Shown in pieces: positions 1 to 12,315 of a stretch of DNA of 64,000 nucleotides. The position numbers were made by a program, and so were the translations under genes. The stretch is from Tubulanus polymorphus (lineage: Eukaryota; Animalia; Nemertea). A model generated the notes under the pieces. That model made no database searches. It had not been told where the DNA came from and worked only from the letters and a program-made list of their open reading frames with translations. Location of the stretch: positions 22,592,560-22,656,559 of the forward strand of contig NC_134027.1 in NCBI RefSeq assembly GCF_964204645.1. The letters run 5' to 3'. Within the stretch, counting starts at the first letter, position 1; every line of letters starts with the position of its first letter.

Positions 1-336
1 ATTTCTACGTGGCATTCAAAATGATATTATGATTCACGGGTGTGAATGTCCTAGTCGGGATAATGAATGAACATATTCATATGGTAACAAAATTCGCGTG
101 CTCAATGATCTGAGACCAGTACCAAAGATTCTAGCGACAAGTCAATTTTTGATTGAGCAAACAATTCAGATATCTGGTGGTGGGTTTTATTCTGGGGCTA
201 CTTTCATATACCCTGGAAATAAATTTGAAAAACAGAAGGCATATGACATACGTGTATTTACCAAGAGGAACTGAAGCACGCCAGCTGCCGCAAACACGAT
301 ACGGGAAAATGGGAGCGTGAAAACTGAATTGATTGT

Positions 337-545
337 CCATCACCTCCCCGTGTTTTATACTCACTGGTCACGTCAATCCAGGGTTAATGGGTTCAAACCC
401 TGGTGGCGACAGAGTTTCTTGGTCGAAGGTTATCTTGTCTGGTCTCTCCCCCATTGGGAAAAAGAAACATCGAACCCGCTTATAATGCCCTGCGTGGCGC
501 TTAGCGGGTTGAGGGTGTTTAGACAAAATTTAAAAGAATAAAATA
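337..545 (+). mobile_element. 5'-truncated tRNA-derived SINE-like repeat (copy 1)
   Basis: B-box-like GGTTCAAACCC and A-rich 3' tail; near-identical copy at about 10007-10212, partly explained by the local duplication. Confidence 0.5.
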
Positions 546-813
546 AGTATATCAGTCCCATCAGGTAGCTAAGCCGGGAACACGCTGAAACGAGTGAATC
601 CACACAATATCGTGAAACATCAGAAAAAGGTAAGTCGAAACAAATATAGCCGCAAAGCAGCATCGACGGATTTTGTAATTTTGGACCTTAAATATACGTT
701 GATGTTTATTGTAACCGACTGGTTGTTGTTTCGGCAGGCTTCATCTGTAACCGTCAGTCTGGAGAACTAGCATTTACGATTGAAGCCCACCAAAAATATT
801 CAAAAAATGGGGA
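546..813 (+). pseudogene. Relic of Trp-amide prepro-peptide gene
   Basis: 546-635 matches the non-coding 5' exon of intact family members (compare 36043-36150, including the CATCAGAA..AAG|GTAAGT donor). 781-813 reads TGA AGC CCA CCA AAA ATA TTC AAA AAA TGG GGA = *SPPKIFKKWG, versus WSPPKIFKKWG at 37857-37889. Confidence 0.7.
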
Positions 814-1327
814 AAGGGTCGATATTACCAAGACTGAAAACTCCTTAAATATAAAATAAGACTCGTGAAATACATTTCATTACAAAATCAACGCCAAAAT
901 TCACCACTGTAATTGTTACGAAATTAACGTGTTTTGAATGGCCATGAAAATTGAGTCGAACCAAAAACAAGAAATAAGGATTCTTTCATTGCGTACGTTC
1001 AATAAGTTTACGCAATGAAAGAATCCTTATTCTCCTCGACAGAAATAATTGGTCCTCTTTACTAATAAAGCTGCTCCGGGACTTGTGTTCAATATGGAAA
1101 CCATTTCTACGAATGCACAGTCTAAGCTCGATGTCTCTGAATGTTTTACATTATTCATTATTCTTTATTATTATTAAAAATTCCAGTTGTACACATTTTT
1201 GGAGTTGTACAATTAAGTAAACAATAAAATGTACGACAATTTGAGAATTTACGATTTACTGATTGTCACCGTTTCAAGTCCACACTTAATACAGGTTAAA
1301 GTTGTATGAAGTGAATTAAACTTGAAA

Positions 1328-1861
1328 TCAATTGTTATTTTTTACTGAATTTCTACAGCGGATATTTTCATACAGAAATATTTGCGAACTTCCCGTCCCA
1401 ATAAAAGGTATATGTAAAAATTTACCGAAAAGTTACAAACATGGAATTAATTGAAAATGTCATATAGAAACTCTCTCTGTTCCGGGGAGTGTAAAAAAGT
1501 AACAATAGTGGTTGGAAGTGTGAACATTGCAAATGCGAGTGAAACTGTTACGAGCATTATTGTTGTACGTTTTGATTTTGTAGTTTTCTGATCAGACGAA
1601 ACGATTTTTGAACCTCTGAATAACTGAACGATTATAACAGAATTTGATGAAATGATCAAGGTTAATGGTATTATGTTTACGTGTATGTCAATTACGGAAA
1701 AAAGTGTTATTTGGTCAAATATATCTTGGTGGTAACATCCGAAAACTTCATCGGGAAAATGTATCGAAAAAGTAGGTAAAAGACATAGAACCAGCACATT
1801 CACTGCGGTAATTATCATTATAACAAATCTAGCGAATCTCGGTGTACATATGAAACGAGAT
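1328..1861 (-). pseudogene. Truncated rhodopsin-class GPCR (3' half only, premature stop)
   Basis: Nearly identical to the C-terminal half of 10948..11910; CAA>TAA at 1447-1449 and a 6-bp deletion; the 5' half is replaced by unrelated sequence. Confidence 0.9.
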
Positions 1862-3322
1862 ATTGATTTGTTCAAACCTCTAGTTACATGTATAACTGTA
1901 AATCTAGTTTTCAAAATAGATGCTGCGTTAACAAGCGGCTTCGGCATCTTTATAGCGGTGTACTTACCCGCGGCGTACTCTAACTCAAGCAGGACAGCTT
2001 TATCGGGCATTCATCCCTGATTGGATAACCACCAAAATATAGCATTACTTCGAAAGATGGTGAAAAGATGATGAAAAAAAAACCCAATTCAATCCAAGCC
2101 CTAAGATGGATTGGAGAAGCCAAGTTGAGTCAACAACTCCACAAAATATCGAAAAAACTTTTCATCAATTGTAAATAATTTCCTGTGATATAATTCAATG
2201 TTAAATCAAAATTTAATTCTTCCTATATGAAGTCCCTGTAGATCATGCAAATTAACTTAACTGTAACGATGCGACCATCGTAACACTATCCTGGCGTATT
2301 CGTGTCTTGTATCTTAAATCAATGTTCTCTCAAATATTTCAAACTTGATTCTAAGAAAGTATAAGTGTATTCTAGATCGAAGTATTGCGTTATCGTAAAT
2401 CCCCTATTTATTCATACTAATGCACGTTTGATAGAAATACAAACTAGGAAGTCGGATCATTATTACTCATTGATCTAATTGACGTTCGCTTCCATTTTTG
2501 TCTGGTCTGAGCTTAAACTTCTTTTGATAGCGTAAATAAGTCTCAACATCACTCCTCGGGACTATCGGACTTCTGACAAACTTGGTTAACTCTTCAGTTC
2601 GTAGAACGCTTTAGTTGGAATCGAACGATGTAAAACGTATTAACTTGTCCTAGCAGTACAACACAAGAACCATTTTTTCCCTTTATTGCTAACTTCTTCG
2701 GCCTATTTTGTTATCAATATATTGCGCAGTGGCGGTAAACAGCGTTCTCTGCATCGAAAAACTAACGCGAATAGCGGAAACAACCGTCATCGAACAGAAC
2801 TACCAAAAACGAACGAAACAATATAAATGCAATACCTGTTGTCTGATAATTTATTTCGTATAGGTCACTAACATATCGGAGAATCGTTAACGTTTTAAAC
2901 CGGCTTCATATTTAGCAAAGTAACTAGGACGATATATCTGGAACCTTTTTTGCCCATTTTCTCCCTATACAGGTGGACTTATACTCGCATTTGGTATTAA
3001 TATTCTTGGCTGTCGTGCAAAAAGCTTTACAATGTGCTTTTATACCGGTGCAGTAGTCCATGCACGCGGTAACATTGAATTCAGCTACACCGGAAACACC
3101 TACTACAGCCAGTAGAACAACTGTGAATTAGAACAGTTTTCAGAGATTAACATTGGATATTCCTTGCAAGCTGGCGAAATAACATCACATTCAACACTTT
3201 ATGTTTATTATGGTCAGTGCAAATATGTAAAATATAGTGTATTAAGGCAGTGACTGCTAAAATGTATTTACTTTATCTCTATGAGAATATACGTAGAGTA
3301 GCCGTGTTAACCATGTTTAAAA

Positions 3323-3506
3323 TAAGTAACGAGACGAGTAGTACTGTTATAGGTTAACTATTCATTTGAAGCATGAGCTTTTGCTTCTAATGAATAGAAG
3401 CTTCATCAGGTGAATGAAGCCCGATGAAGCTTCTATACATTAGAAGCGAAAGCTCGTGCGTCAAATAAATAGTTAACCTATACAGTACTACTCGTCTCGT
3501 TACTTA
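3323..3506. repeat. Long palindrome with hammerhead-like cores (Penelope-type inverted remnant)
   Basis: Arms TAAGTAACGAGACGAGTAG... / ...CTACTCGTCTCGTTACTTA. Each arm carries a C(T/C)GATGA-A-GCTTCTA-loop-TAGAAGC-(G/A)AAA motif. Confidence 0.7.
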
Positions 3507-6090
3507 TCTATCTCTATGTGAAATGCAATCTAACTTACCGAGTGGAATTACAAGTAAACGCATCTTAAATGGTTGGTTTTGACACTCGAAACTATTAAGT
3601 ATAAAGAGAAGAAAATGAATAGCGGTCGAATAGCACAATCTTAAATTCGACAAACTTCGTACACAGTTTATGAAATAAATGAAATCGCCACACCCCATGA
3701 ACGAGGAGAGAGTCAGTGGGGAAAACCCACTACCATTCGTGATGAATCATCATGCAGTTATGTGTGATTGCAACATGTATAGTAATGAGATCGTTTTAAT
3801 AGACAGATTTTCATAAAAATTCCTTGATTCAATCTAGGGGGATTTCTTAGGCTTTTTTATTAGTTGGAGAACGGATTCTCTTAAATCCTGCAAAAACTTC
3901 ATGCCAGAGATAAGTATGCTTTTCCGTCCATGATAAAAAAAATGTTTTCTTAAAATTTCCCGTCCTCACTTTCGATCTAATTCTCCGTAAAAAGTCAGTT
4001 TTCTCCCACATTTGAATTCAATCTAACAGAGTTTTCACTCTTTTTCATTTGTTCTGAATAATATCTAGAGTACTAAAGTTTAATTTTGATTCTGGATTAT
4101 TAAACATACGCATGTACATTTAGGAAAGTCCATATTAAGAATTGGATTGCTTGTGTTTATGATATAAGCGGTCTACGATATCAAAAACGGCTTATTCATT
4201 GTTTTTAAAAGGCTTAATAGAGGGAAATCATCGCGACTAAAGAATTATCATGATGAAAATGAATCTACGCAAAATCCGACGACGTTATTACCCGTGGTTT
4301 ACCGTATACAACTATACCAAATACAATGATACATTTCATGGATCAGTTCTATACAAACTTACCGTCAATATTGCTGCTTGAATCTTCAGGCAATAATGTT
4401 ATTAGCTGAATCAGACTGCACTCATATATTGTGTTTTGCCCTACACTTGAAGTTTAGAGGCGTGGCAAACCTCACTCGCTAACCCTGGATAATTGATTTT
4501 CTTGAACTATTTGAGGGTTTCGTGATCAGTTCCTAAACAATGGCATCAGAAATCTGAAGCTGTATTATAATCGCGAACCAACTATTGTTGTTGTATCCAC
4601 GAACAAACCAGCTGACTACTGGAAATCTTTATCCGAATAAAAACACTTATTCTCTTTCCACCATTTGTTGGGACTTTGTGTATCCACACTAATGATATAT
4701 GAAACAAAATAGAAATGAAATAGAGATAACTGTGTTCATTTTACTACTTTTACAGTTTCACGGTGTATTTTTTTCACATTAAGTCGACAATCATGTGAGT
4801 TATTTGATTAAATCGTTTGCCGTGATGTTAGCTAGCAGTACTTAGGACCTTGATGGCAGAGTCAATTGTCTCAAATATCCACCACCGCTGACCTTACATT
4901 ATACGAATAGCCAAAAACCCTCCACTGAAATGCGCGTATCTCAGTGAAAACATGTGTGTTCCGAGTAACTGTGGATTCCGAGTCTGGCGGAATGTACATA
5001 CATATTTGCTGTGTTGGAGATAGTCAGATAAATTTGGAAGTTTCTATAACATGACAGAACAGAGAATTGAATAACAAATACGATGTATAAAAAACGCCAC
5101 CTAAGACAATCCTTAGGCAAGAACCCTGTTGATATAAGATTGTTACCATCGCGATCACCTAAAAGGGCTTGACAACAGGTTGGCTAGATGACGGTTTAAC
5201 CGAAAACCCAAATAATTGTGGGCTTACGCAACAGGCGATATATCTAGAAAAGGCGGCCGAAACGAAAAGCCATGGGCTGAAGTCTAATTGACTGAACTGT
5301 AATGCATGATATTCTAACTTCCACTTTATTCCGGATTTCTGCAACAAACTCCAAGCAGCACGGTTGGTATGCCCCAAGTCCGAATCTGCGGTGTTGATAG
5401 CCACAGTATTTGAAACTGACATTTCAAGATACATAACAAATAGAAAACTCACACTACGCCTTATACGGCTCAACGCCATCATTCCACGATGACAAAATCT
5501 CCAGTGTTTGTAGTGTATAAGAAAGCGGAAAACTCCTACTTCTTCATCATAAAGGACTGAAAACATTCACAGTGGCCTATATCAAAACCAACATATCGTC
5601 CAAACGGTTCTTTGTAGATTGACATAAATGCAGCTCATTTCCCAACATGCCTGTTGCAGCACTTAAAAACTATACATTGACGAAAACAAGTATATATCAG
5701 AACTGGATGGGTAACGATGAGCGCTTTTATGCTAATGCTTTGTCAAACATTCACATAATTGACACTAGCAGATTTGTTTCGCAAAAGCAGTAGTGTGTTC
5801 TTTTGATAATTCAAATACATTATGGGTATAGGTCTAACCGACTGATTAAATCAATTCGATGTAAACTCAGTTCATATTTAATGGGCTGACTCGCGAGTGT
5901 TAAGTTTACTATGTTATATATCGTCATATATTAGGTTACCTATGTAATCGTATTTTCTAAAATTACCGCTGGGGAGTGGAGCTGATCTACTTTATCTATC
6001 AATTAAGAATTTGTCAATTGATAACGAAAAACACTATATATTTAGACTCACAGTGAAGTTAAACCCAGCCTAGGTTGCGCTGACTCAAAC

Positions 6091-6225
6091 AATCGGACGA
6101 CAATCGGGGTTGTAGACATTGTTGACGAGTAGAATCGGTCGACAATCGGGGTTGTAGACATTGTCGACGAGTAGAATCGGTCGACAATCGGGGTTGTAGA
6201 CATTGTCGACGAGTAGAATCGGTCG
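6091..6225. repeat. 42-bp tandem minisatellite, about 3 copies
   Basis: GACAATCGGGGTTGTAGACATTGTCGACGAGTAGAATCGGTC repeated head to tail with no unique spacers. Confidence 0.9.
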
Positions 6226-7548
6226 CAGCCGAATTACTCCTTTTCTATAAATGTATCTTTGAGCGGGGAACTATTCCACGCTATACTGGACTTGAACCGC
6301 AAAGATCTGCATTTCATTTCCTTTAAAATGGTGTATAGATTAATTTCGTCGAGCAAGGGACTGCAGAACTATATGATATTCAATCTAAACATATGTTTTA
6401 AAAATGAGCACAAATTATCGAAACAATGGGGACCTTGAGGGACCGCCACAAAATGGCGCCTAGAAACTGGAAACTTCTTTATTCTTGACAAAAATTACAG
6501 CTGGCACTGATTAACCGAATTAACTGATCTAGCAATCCAGTTACCAGTACGGTTTCCTAATCCGTGAAAACTACTATACACTTAAAGCTACGAATGAAAA
6601 ATCTATTACTAATCGGGTTAGCAGTAGCCTGATTTATAAAATGTACTTGTGTGTATTATTTGTTCACAATAAGAGGCAGATGTTCAAGAAAATACGATAT
6701 TCAAATCTCATAGAAACACGTCAATCAAAATCAGCATATCTATAAAATATGCGCTGAAATGATTGTGATTGTCGTACTACACCGCAATAGCTGTCGGCAC
6801 ACGATTAAAACCGTAAGCAACTTCTTTTTGCTAATGCGATGCGTACGCATCGATAAAATGCCTTAATGTTTAGATAATTTCTTTTTACGTTTCTCGATTT
6901 CAGGTTTATCGCAATATATTCGAGATTACCTTTAAGAAATGCGTACATTCATTGTATTATCGTGTAAGTTTTTAAGTACGGTAGTTTGGGCTTTACATGT
7001 ATCATAACATCTTTTATTTCAAGTATTTGACGGATTCAAATATCGTAATCAGCATCATTCTTTGAGGCTATGAAACAAACTTGATTATCCTAAACGGTTT
7101 CACCGACTGGGGTCAATAAAAATCGGTGTAGAAAAATCATAGTATTTCAAATAATATTACAAACATATTGATATAACGGTTTTATCTGTATATGATTTAT
7201 ATAAAGTGTCTCTCATAATATGTGCAAGTCGGTGCTACATCATCAAAATGTCGTGTATTTGTAATTGCTTGAATTTCCTAACTATCATTTTACATTTTTT
7301 TTGGATTTTGTACTGCTTTTAACGCATCAAACTCATAGCGATTTCAGACTGGTTTCGCCGCAACCTTCACCCTTTTTAAATGCCCAAGCTTTGACTTCAA
7401 GGCTTCATTTTGAAGTAATGGAAAGTATGATTTAACGGTCGATAGATATATGTATCTTTAGAAAGAAACTTTCATCAATTAATAGCATCAGTTTTCTAAA
7501 GTATACCAAACCCTAAGCCACACGACTGCTAGCTCAATATCAGCTACT

Positions 7549-7809
7549 ATGGTCATTATTATGTTCTATATTTTAGTGATTCTGCTCTTTTTCGTGGCTT
7601 ATTCACCAGTTGGAGGTGTTACAATCCATGGAGCAATTAGAGATGCGTGTAAGGCAGCTGGTGGGTATGGTGTATTCTGTAGAAGAATAGGCTTAGTTAG
7701 CGGAGAATGTCGTGAGCTAGGCTTTTGTTACGGAAGATTTTACATGGACAAGCAATATCAGTTGTTTAATATGTTCCCAGTGTGGAACTATACTCACGTA
7801 CCGGTATAG
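7549..7809 (+). pseudogene. Possible decayed secreted Cys-containing protein
   Basis: Hydrophobic signal-like N-terminus (MVIIMFYILVILLFFVAYSPVGG) and 4 Cys; coding-like sequence continues past scattered stops. No family recognised. Confidence 0.3.
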
Positions 7810-10006
7810 AATATAAATGATTCTCGTGAAATAAAATACCTGTTGCTTGTACTTGAATGTATTGTCACCGTCATCATTAATTATTGTGCGTGAAGCAGGA
7901 CTCAAGCTAACTTCCGGTACTTCCAAAACTAACCGAAAACAAACCATTATGGATTAATCCAAAATGGGACAGATGTGATTATACCATGAACCCCGGTTTA
8001 TCCAATGCACTATGAAGTATCAAATGATCCTATGATAGTTCCTCCGTTGGTTAAAAAAAGATTTATTGTCGCTAATATGGTTTATGGGATTATCAAAAAT
8101 TGAGTAGTTATGGAATTGGTCAGCGACTGCCTGATGTCATACGTATTCATATTTTTACCAAACTCGTTCAAATCTACATACCTCACGTGAACACCATACC
8201 ATAATTGACAAATACATCGACCGGTTTGTATACTTTGAAAGAGTTATTTATAACAAGAATAAATCCACTACGCCATTTCAGAGGATGACACCGACCTAGA
8301 TATGAAGATTTGACTGGAAATTATTGATATTAATATCTTTATTGGTGATTAGTACGTAGAAATTTACCTACAGATTTTTCAACATTACGATCGTTTAGTA
8401 TCAGCAGTGTGGCAGAATGAATCGGTGTTGTCATATCACGGAATCGCAGAATTTTCCGAAAACACAGAATTTCTTCATTTTCACTATACATAGTAACCGA
8501 GTTTTTTTCCAAGGGATACCCCGTGTTGGACATGGCACCGGACGCATATTTTCATTGCCGGTACCTGGTAGGCCTATGCGATAATCTATTACTATCGTCA
8601 CTCAACAAATTAACGATACCTCCAGACTTGAAATTGGAGAACCTACGTAGGCAATTTATCTATCAACATTGCATGAGACCGCATCTACGAGTTCTGTGTA
8701 TGTTACCATTAATAAACATTTAACTAATTGAATATATGCTGCATCGTAAAATGGATATAAAAACGATGATTTATTTAGACTGCACTCTTTAACTGGTCGT
8801 ATTAAGACGAAACTGAGGTATGTTTTTATTTGGGTTTTTAATGCGTCTCGTGCATCTAACTTGTGATTAATGCGAATGTGGTGTATCTAGAAGAGTTAAT
8901 AAAAGTTGTTGAATGATATTAAAAATAATATACGAAGTGGTATCTTTTCTTAATTCCGTTCTATTTGTGAAGAGAAAGCTGTTACTTAGTTGCTCCTCCG
9001 TGTTGATTCCTTGAGTCTAAAAAACTGTCTATCGGTACTAGACGGCGGTTTCTATCAAAATATTTTTTAAGGAACCGCGGTACATGTTTGGTAGTAGCAC
9101 ATTTCACGTCTGAAACTATGGCCCAAGCTAGAGCGACCATGCTCAAATCTACTAAGATCGCAATAAGTGGAATAACTTCGATAACCGATGATTGTTCTCA
9201 TGCCAATCTTTTTTCCGACTATATTCTGACTGATGCTGTTGAACGGTATCATAGAACAATGTCAGAAAAATTGCGTGCTAAGTGTGATTCGAAGCTAACT
9301 TAGTGCATTGATTGGTCCGGTGCCTTGTCCGACCCGGGTATTCCCGCGGGAAAACCCAGTTACTAATTGTTGTGAAAGCACAGGCACTCGTCGATGGGCT
9401 TGGGATACAGTTGCTGGGGTTTTTGAGTGTATCTGTTTTTTGAGTGGTTATTCTGCAATAAATCCGAGAAAAAATGTCTTGGTACTGATGATACGTTTGA
9501 AAAGATAATGGCCGCTGGCTCCACACACGGCGACCTCACAAAACACTAACAAACTTCGTTTTTCAATCTGAAATTAAAACTTTTATTTTATATGACACTT
9601 ACTAGTGATGTGACAGTTATATATCATATTATTCCATCCGACTGTGAGACACTATCAATTTGTGAAACGTCTTTAGTAATATAAAAAAAATAATTTATCA
9701 GTCATAATAACGCGTACTCCTACTACAGTGGATTTCGATCGATCATGATCCGATCAAGCCGAATAACCGTTCGATTCTGAGATGTTTTTTGAAAGATTTC
9801 GGACAACTTTTACAAGACATCCAACTCAGATATCACTCGAGTCGGTCATATCATTACGGTCCCAAGATGAGATCCGGCTCGAGCGGAGTATAGAGTATTG
9901 ATGGAAGAATAGAATCGTAAACATTTATTTGTGAAAATAATGTATTAGCCACGACAACGCAGCAAATCGAGTATAATAGAAATCGCACATTTATAGATGA
10001 AAACTT

Positions 10007-10212
10007 CGTCACCTCCCCGTGTTTTATACTCACTGGTCTCGTCAATCCAGGGTTAATGGGTTCAAACCCTGGTGGCGACAGAGTTTCTTGGTCGAAGGTT
10101 ATCTTCTCTGGTCTCTCCCCCATTGGGAAAAAGAAACATCGAACCCGCTTATATTGCCCTGCGTAGCGCTTAGCGGGTTGAGGGTGTTTAGACAAAATTT
10201 AAAAAAATTAAT
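10007..10212 (+). mobile_element. 5'-truncated tRNA-derived SINE-like repeat (copy 2)
   Basis: Same element as 337-545. Confidence 0.5.
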
Positions 10213-10213
10213 T

Positions 10214-10436
10214 AAGTATATCAGTCCCATCCTGTACCCTAAACCGGGAACACGCTGAGACGAGTGAAACCACACAACAACGTGAAACATCAGAACAGGC
10301 TTATTGGACCTTAAAGATACGTTGATGTGTTTTGTAACCGGCTGGTTGTTGTGTCGGCAGGCTTCATCTGTAACCGTCAGTCTAGGGAACTAGCATTTAC
10401 GATTTGAGCACAGCAAAAATATTCAAACAATGGGGA
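10214..10436 (+). pseudogene. Relic of Trp-amide prepro-peptide gene
   Basis: 5' exon homology (CAGTCCCATCCTGTACCCTAAACCGGGAACACGCTGAGACGAGTGAAAC); 10404-10436 reads LSTAKIFKQWG. Confidence 0.65.
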
Positions 10437-10947
10437 AAGGGTCGATATTATCACGACTGAAAACTCCTTAAATATAAAATAAGACTCGTGAAATACATTT
10501 CATTACAAAATCAACGCCAAAATTCACCACTGTATTTGTTATGAAATTAACGTGTTTTGAATGGCCATGAAAATGGAGTCGAACCAAAAACAAGAAATAA
10601 GGATTCTATTCTATACGCTTATTGAACGTACGCAATGAAAGAATCCTTATTCTCCTCGACAGAAATAATTGGTCCTCTTTACTAATAAAGCTGCTCCAGG
10701 ACTTGTGTTCAATATGGAAACCATTTCTACGAATGCACAGTCTAAGCTCGATGTCTCTGAATTTTTTACATTATTCATTATTCTTTATTATTATTAAAAA
10801 TTCCAGTTGTACAAATTTTTGGAGTTGTACAATTAAGTAAACAATAAAATGTACGACAATTTGAGAATTTACGATTTACTGATTGTCACCGTTTCAAGTC
10901 CACACTAAATACAGGTTAAAGTTGTATGAAGTGAATTAAACTTGAAA

Positions 10948-11910
10948 TCAATTGTTATTTTTTACTGAATTTCTACAGCGGATTTTCATACAGAAATATT
11001 TGCGAACTTCCCGTCCCAATAAAAGGTATATGTAAAAATTTACCGAAAAGTTACAAACATGGAATTGATTGAAAATGTCATATAGAAACTCTCTCTGTTC
11101 CGGGGAGACTGGTAAAAATGTAACAATAGTGGTTGGAAGTGTGAACATTGCAAATGCGAGTGAAACTGTTACAAGCATTATAGTTGTACGTTTTGATTTT
11201 GTAGTTTTCTGATCAGACGAAACGATTTTTAAACCTCTGAATAACTGAACGATTATAACAGAATTTGATGAAATTATCAAGGTTAACGGTATTATGTGTA
11301 CGTGTATGTCAATTACGGAAAAAAGTGTTATTTGGTCAAATATATCATGGTGGTAGCATCCGAAAATTTCATCGGGAAAATGTATCGAAAAAGTAGGTAA
11401 AAGACATAGAACCAGCACATTCACTGCGGTAATTATCATTATAACAAATCTAGCGAATCTCGGTGTACATATGAAACGAGATGTGAAAGGGAAGAGCACA
11501 ACTGCTGCACGTTCGAGAGATATAGCTACTAATAACCAGGAACATTTGATGACCGCAAGATCCATTATGAATTCATATATTTGACAACTGATCAGTGAAT
11601 TCATCATGAATATAGGACCATTCCTACCGTACATGAGAACAAACTGTAAAACAGGCATCAGTGTACAATTAATGCAGTACATAGAATCACTGAGAGACAA
11701 AGCGATCAGATAGTTAGCGTAAGATAAACTGCGAAATCTGCGACTTATCATCATCAGGAAAGTAGCCGAATTACCGAAAGCTCCTAACAGGAACAGGATA
11801 GGCAGAATGACCAATGACGCAGTGCGGTAGATGCCAGACCTGTTCGCCACAGACATGATGACAATGTAACTGTTGTAAGTTCGACCGATCTGCATCAGAG
11901 ATGAATTCAT
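10948..11910 (-). CDS. Intronless rhodopsin-class (class A) GPCR, peptide-receptor-like/chemoreceptor-like, 320 aa
   Basis: Seven hydrophobic segments; TM1 GN, TM2 LSLSD, TM3 Cys plus SLER (DRY equivalent), TM6 FxxFxLP, TM7 NFYIY; short N-terminus; open frame. Confidence 0.92.
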   Translation of the reverse strand: MNSSLMQIGRTYNSYIVIMSVANRSGIYRTASLVILPILFLLGAFGNSATFLMMISRRFRSLSYANYLIALSLSDSMYCINCTLMPVLQFVLMYGRNGPIFMMNSLISCQIYEFIMDLAVIKCSWLLVAISLERAAVVLFPFTSRFICTPRFARFVIMIITAVNVLVLCLLPTFSIHFPDEIFGCYHHDIFDQITLFSVIDIHVHIIPLTLIISSNSVIIVQLFRGLKIVSSDQKTTKSKRTTIMLVTVSLAFAMFTLPTTIVTFLPVSPEQREFLYDIFNQFHVCNFSVNFYIYLLLGREVRKYFCMKIRCRNSVKNNN

Positions 11911-12231
11911 GATTCACGCGAGAAAAGTTCTCTTGAAGGTATAGACTGACTGTATGAATAGACCAACGCAACGCAAATTATAGCACTGTCTTATTTGTTG
12001 AAGCTCACAATGTGTTGTTTGCAAATCAATTCTCAGAAATAAGACACAATTTGCACTCAGAGTTTGTTAGTTAAAGTTTATTATTATCGTGCAAGATATA
12101 AATGTTATTCTTTGTAAATGGTGAAATAATATGAAAAAAATTGGAAAATGTTTGTACACGTTAAATTCGTTCTACGTCCGCTCACAGAATAATATCATAT
12201 TAAATAAGCAAGTAAAGTAATCAATCATGAA

Positions 12232-12315
12232 CCGTGGCTAGATGGAGTTCGACAACCGTCTCAGATAGCGGAGGTACCGAGTTCGAGACCAGTACAGCCA
12301 CACACACACACAGTC
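12232..12315 (+). mobile_element. tRNA-like SINE head
   Basis: A-box-like TGGCTAGATGG and B-box-like GTTCGAGAC, then (CA)n; degenerate copy at about 22222-22285 in the homologous GPCR 5' flank. Confidence 0.4.

Larger units (their letters stand above)
337..1861. repeat. Local duplication of about 10007-11482 (SINE + peptide-gene relic + GPCR 3' half)
   Basis: Near-identical sequence throughout; homology stops abruptly at 1861 (TGAAACGAGAT|ATTGA vs TGAAACGAGAT|GTGAA). Confidence 0.9.

Noticed and set aside
1862-2010. N-terminal part of ORF 1447..2010 as a GPCR N-terminus
   Set aside because: Homology with the intact GPCR ends at 1861; the upstream part is unrelated sequence that happens to be in frame.
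6091-6225. Possible CRISPR-like array
   Set aside because: Units are contiguous, near-identical 42-mers with no unique spacers; eukaryotic context and no cas genes.
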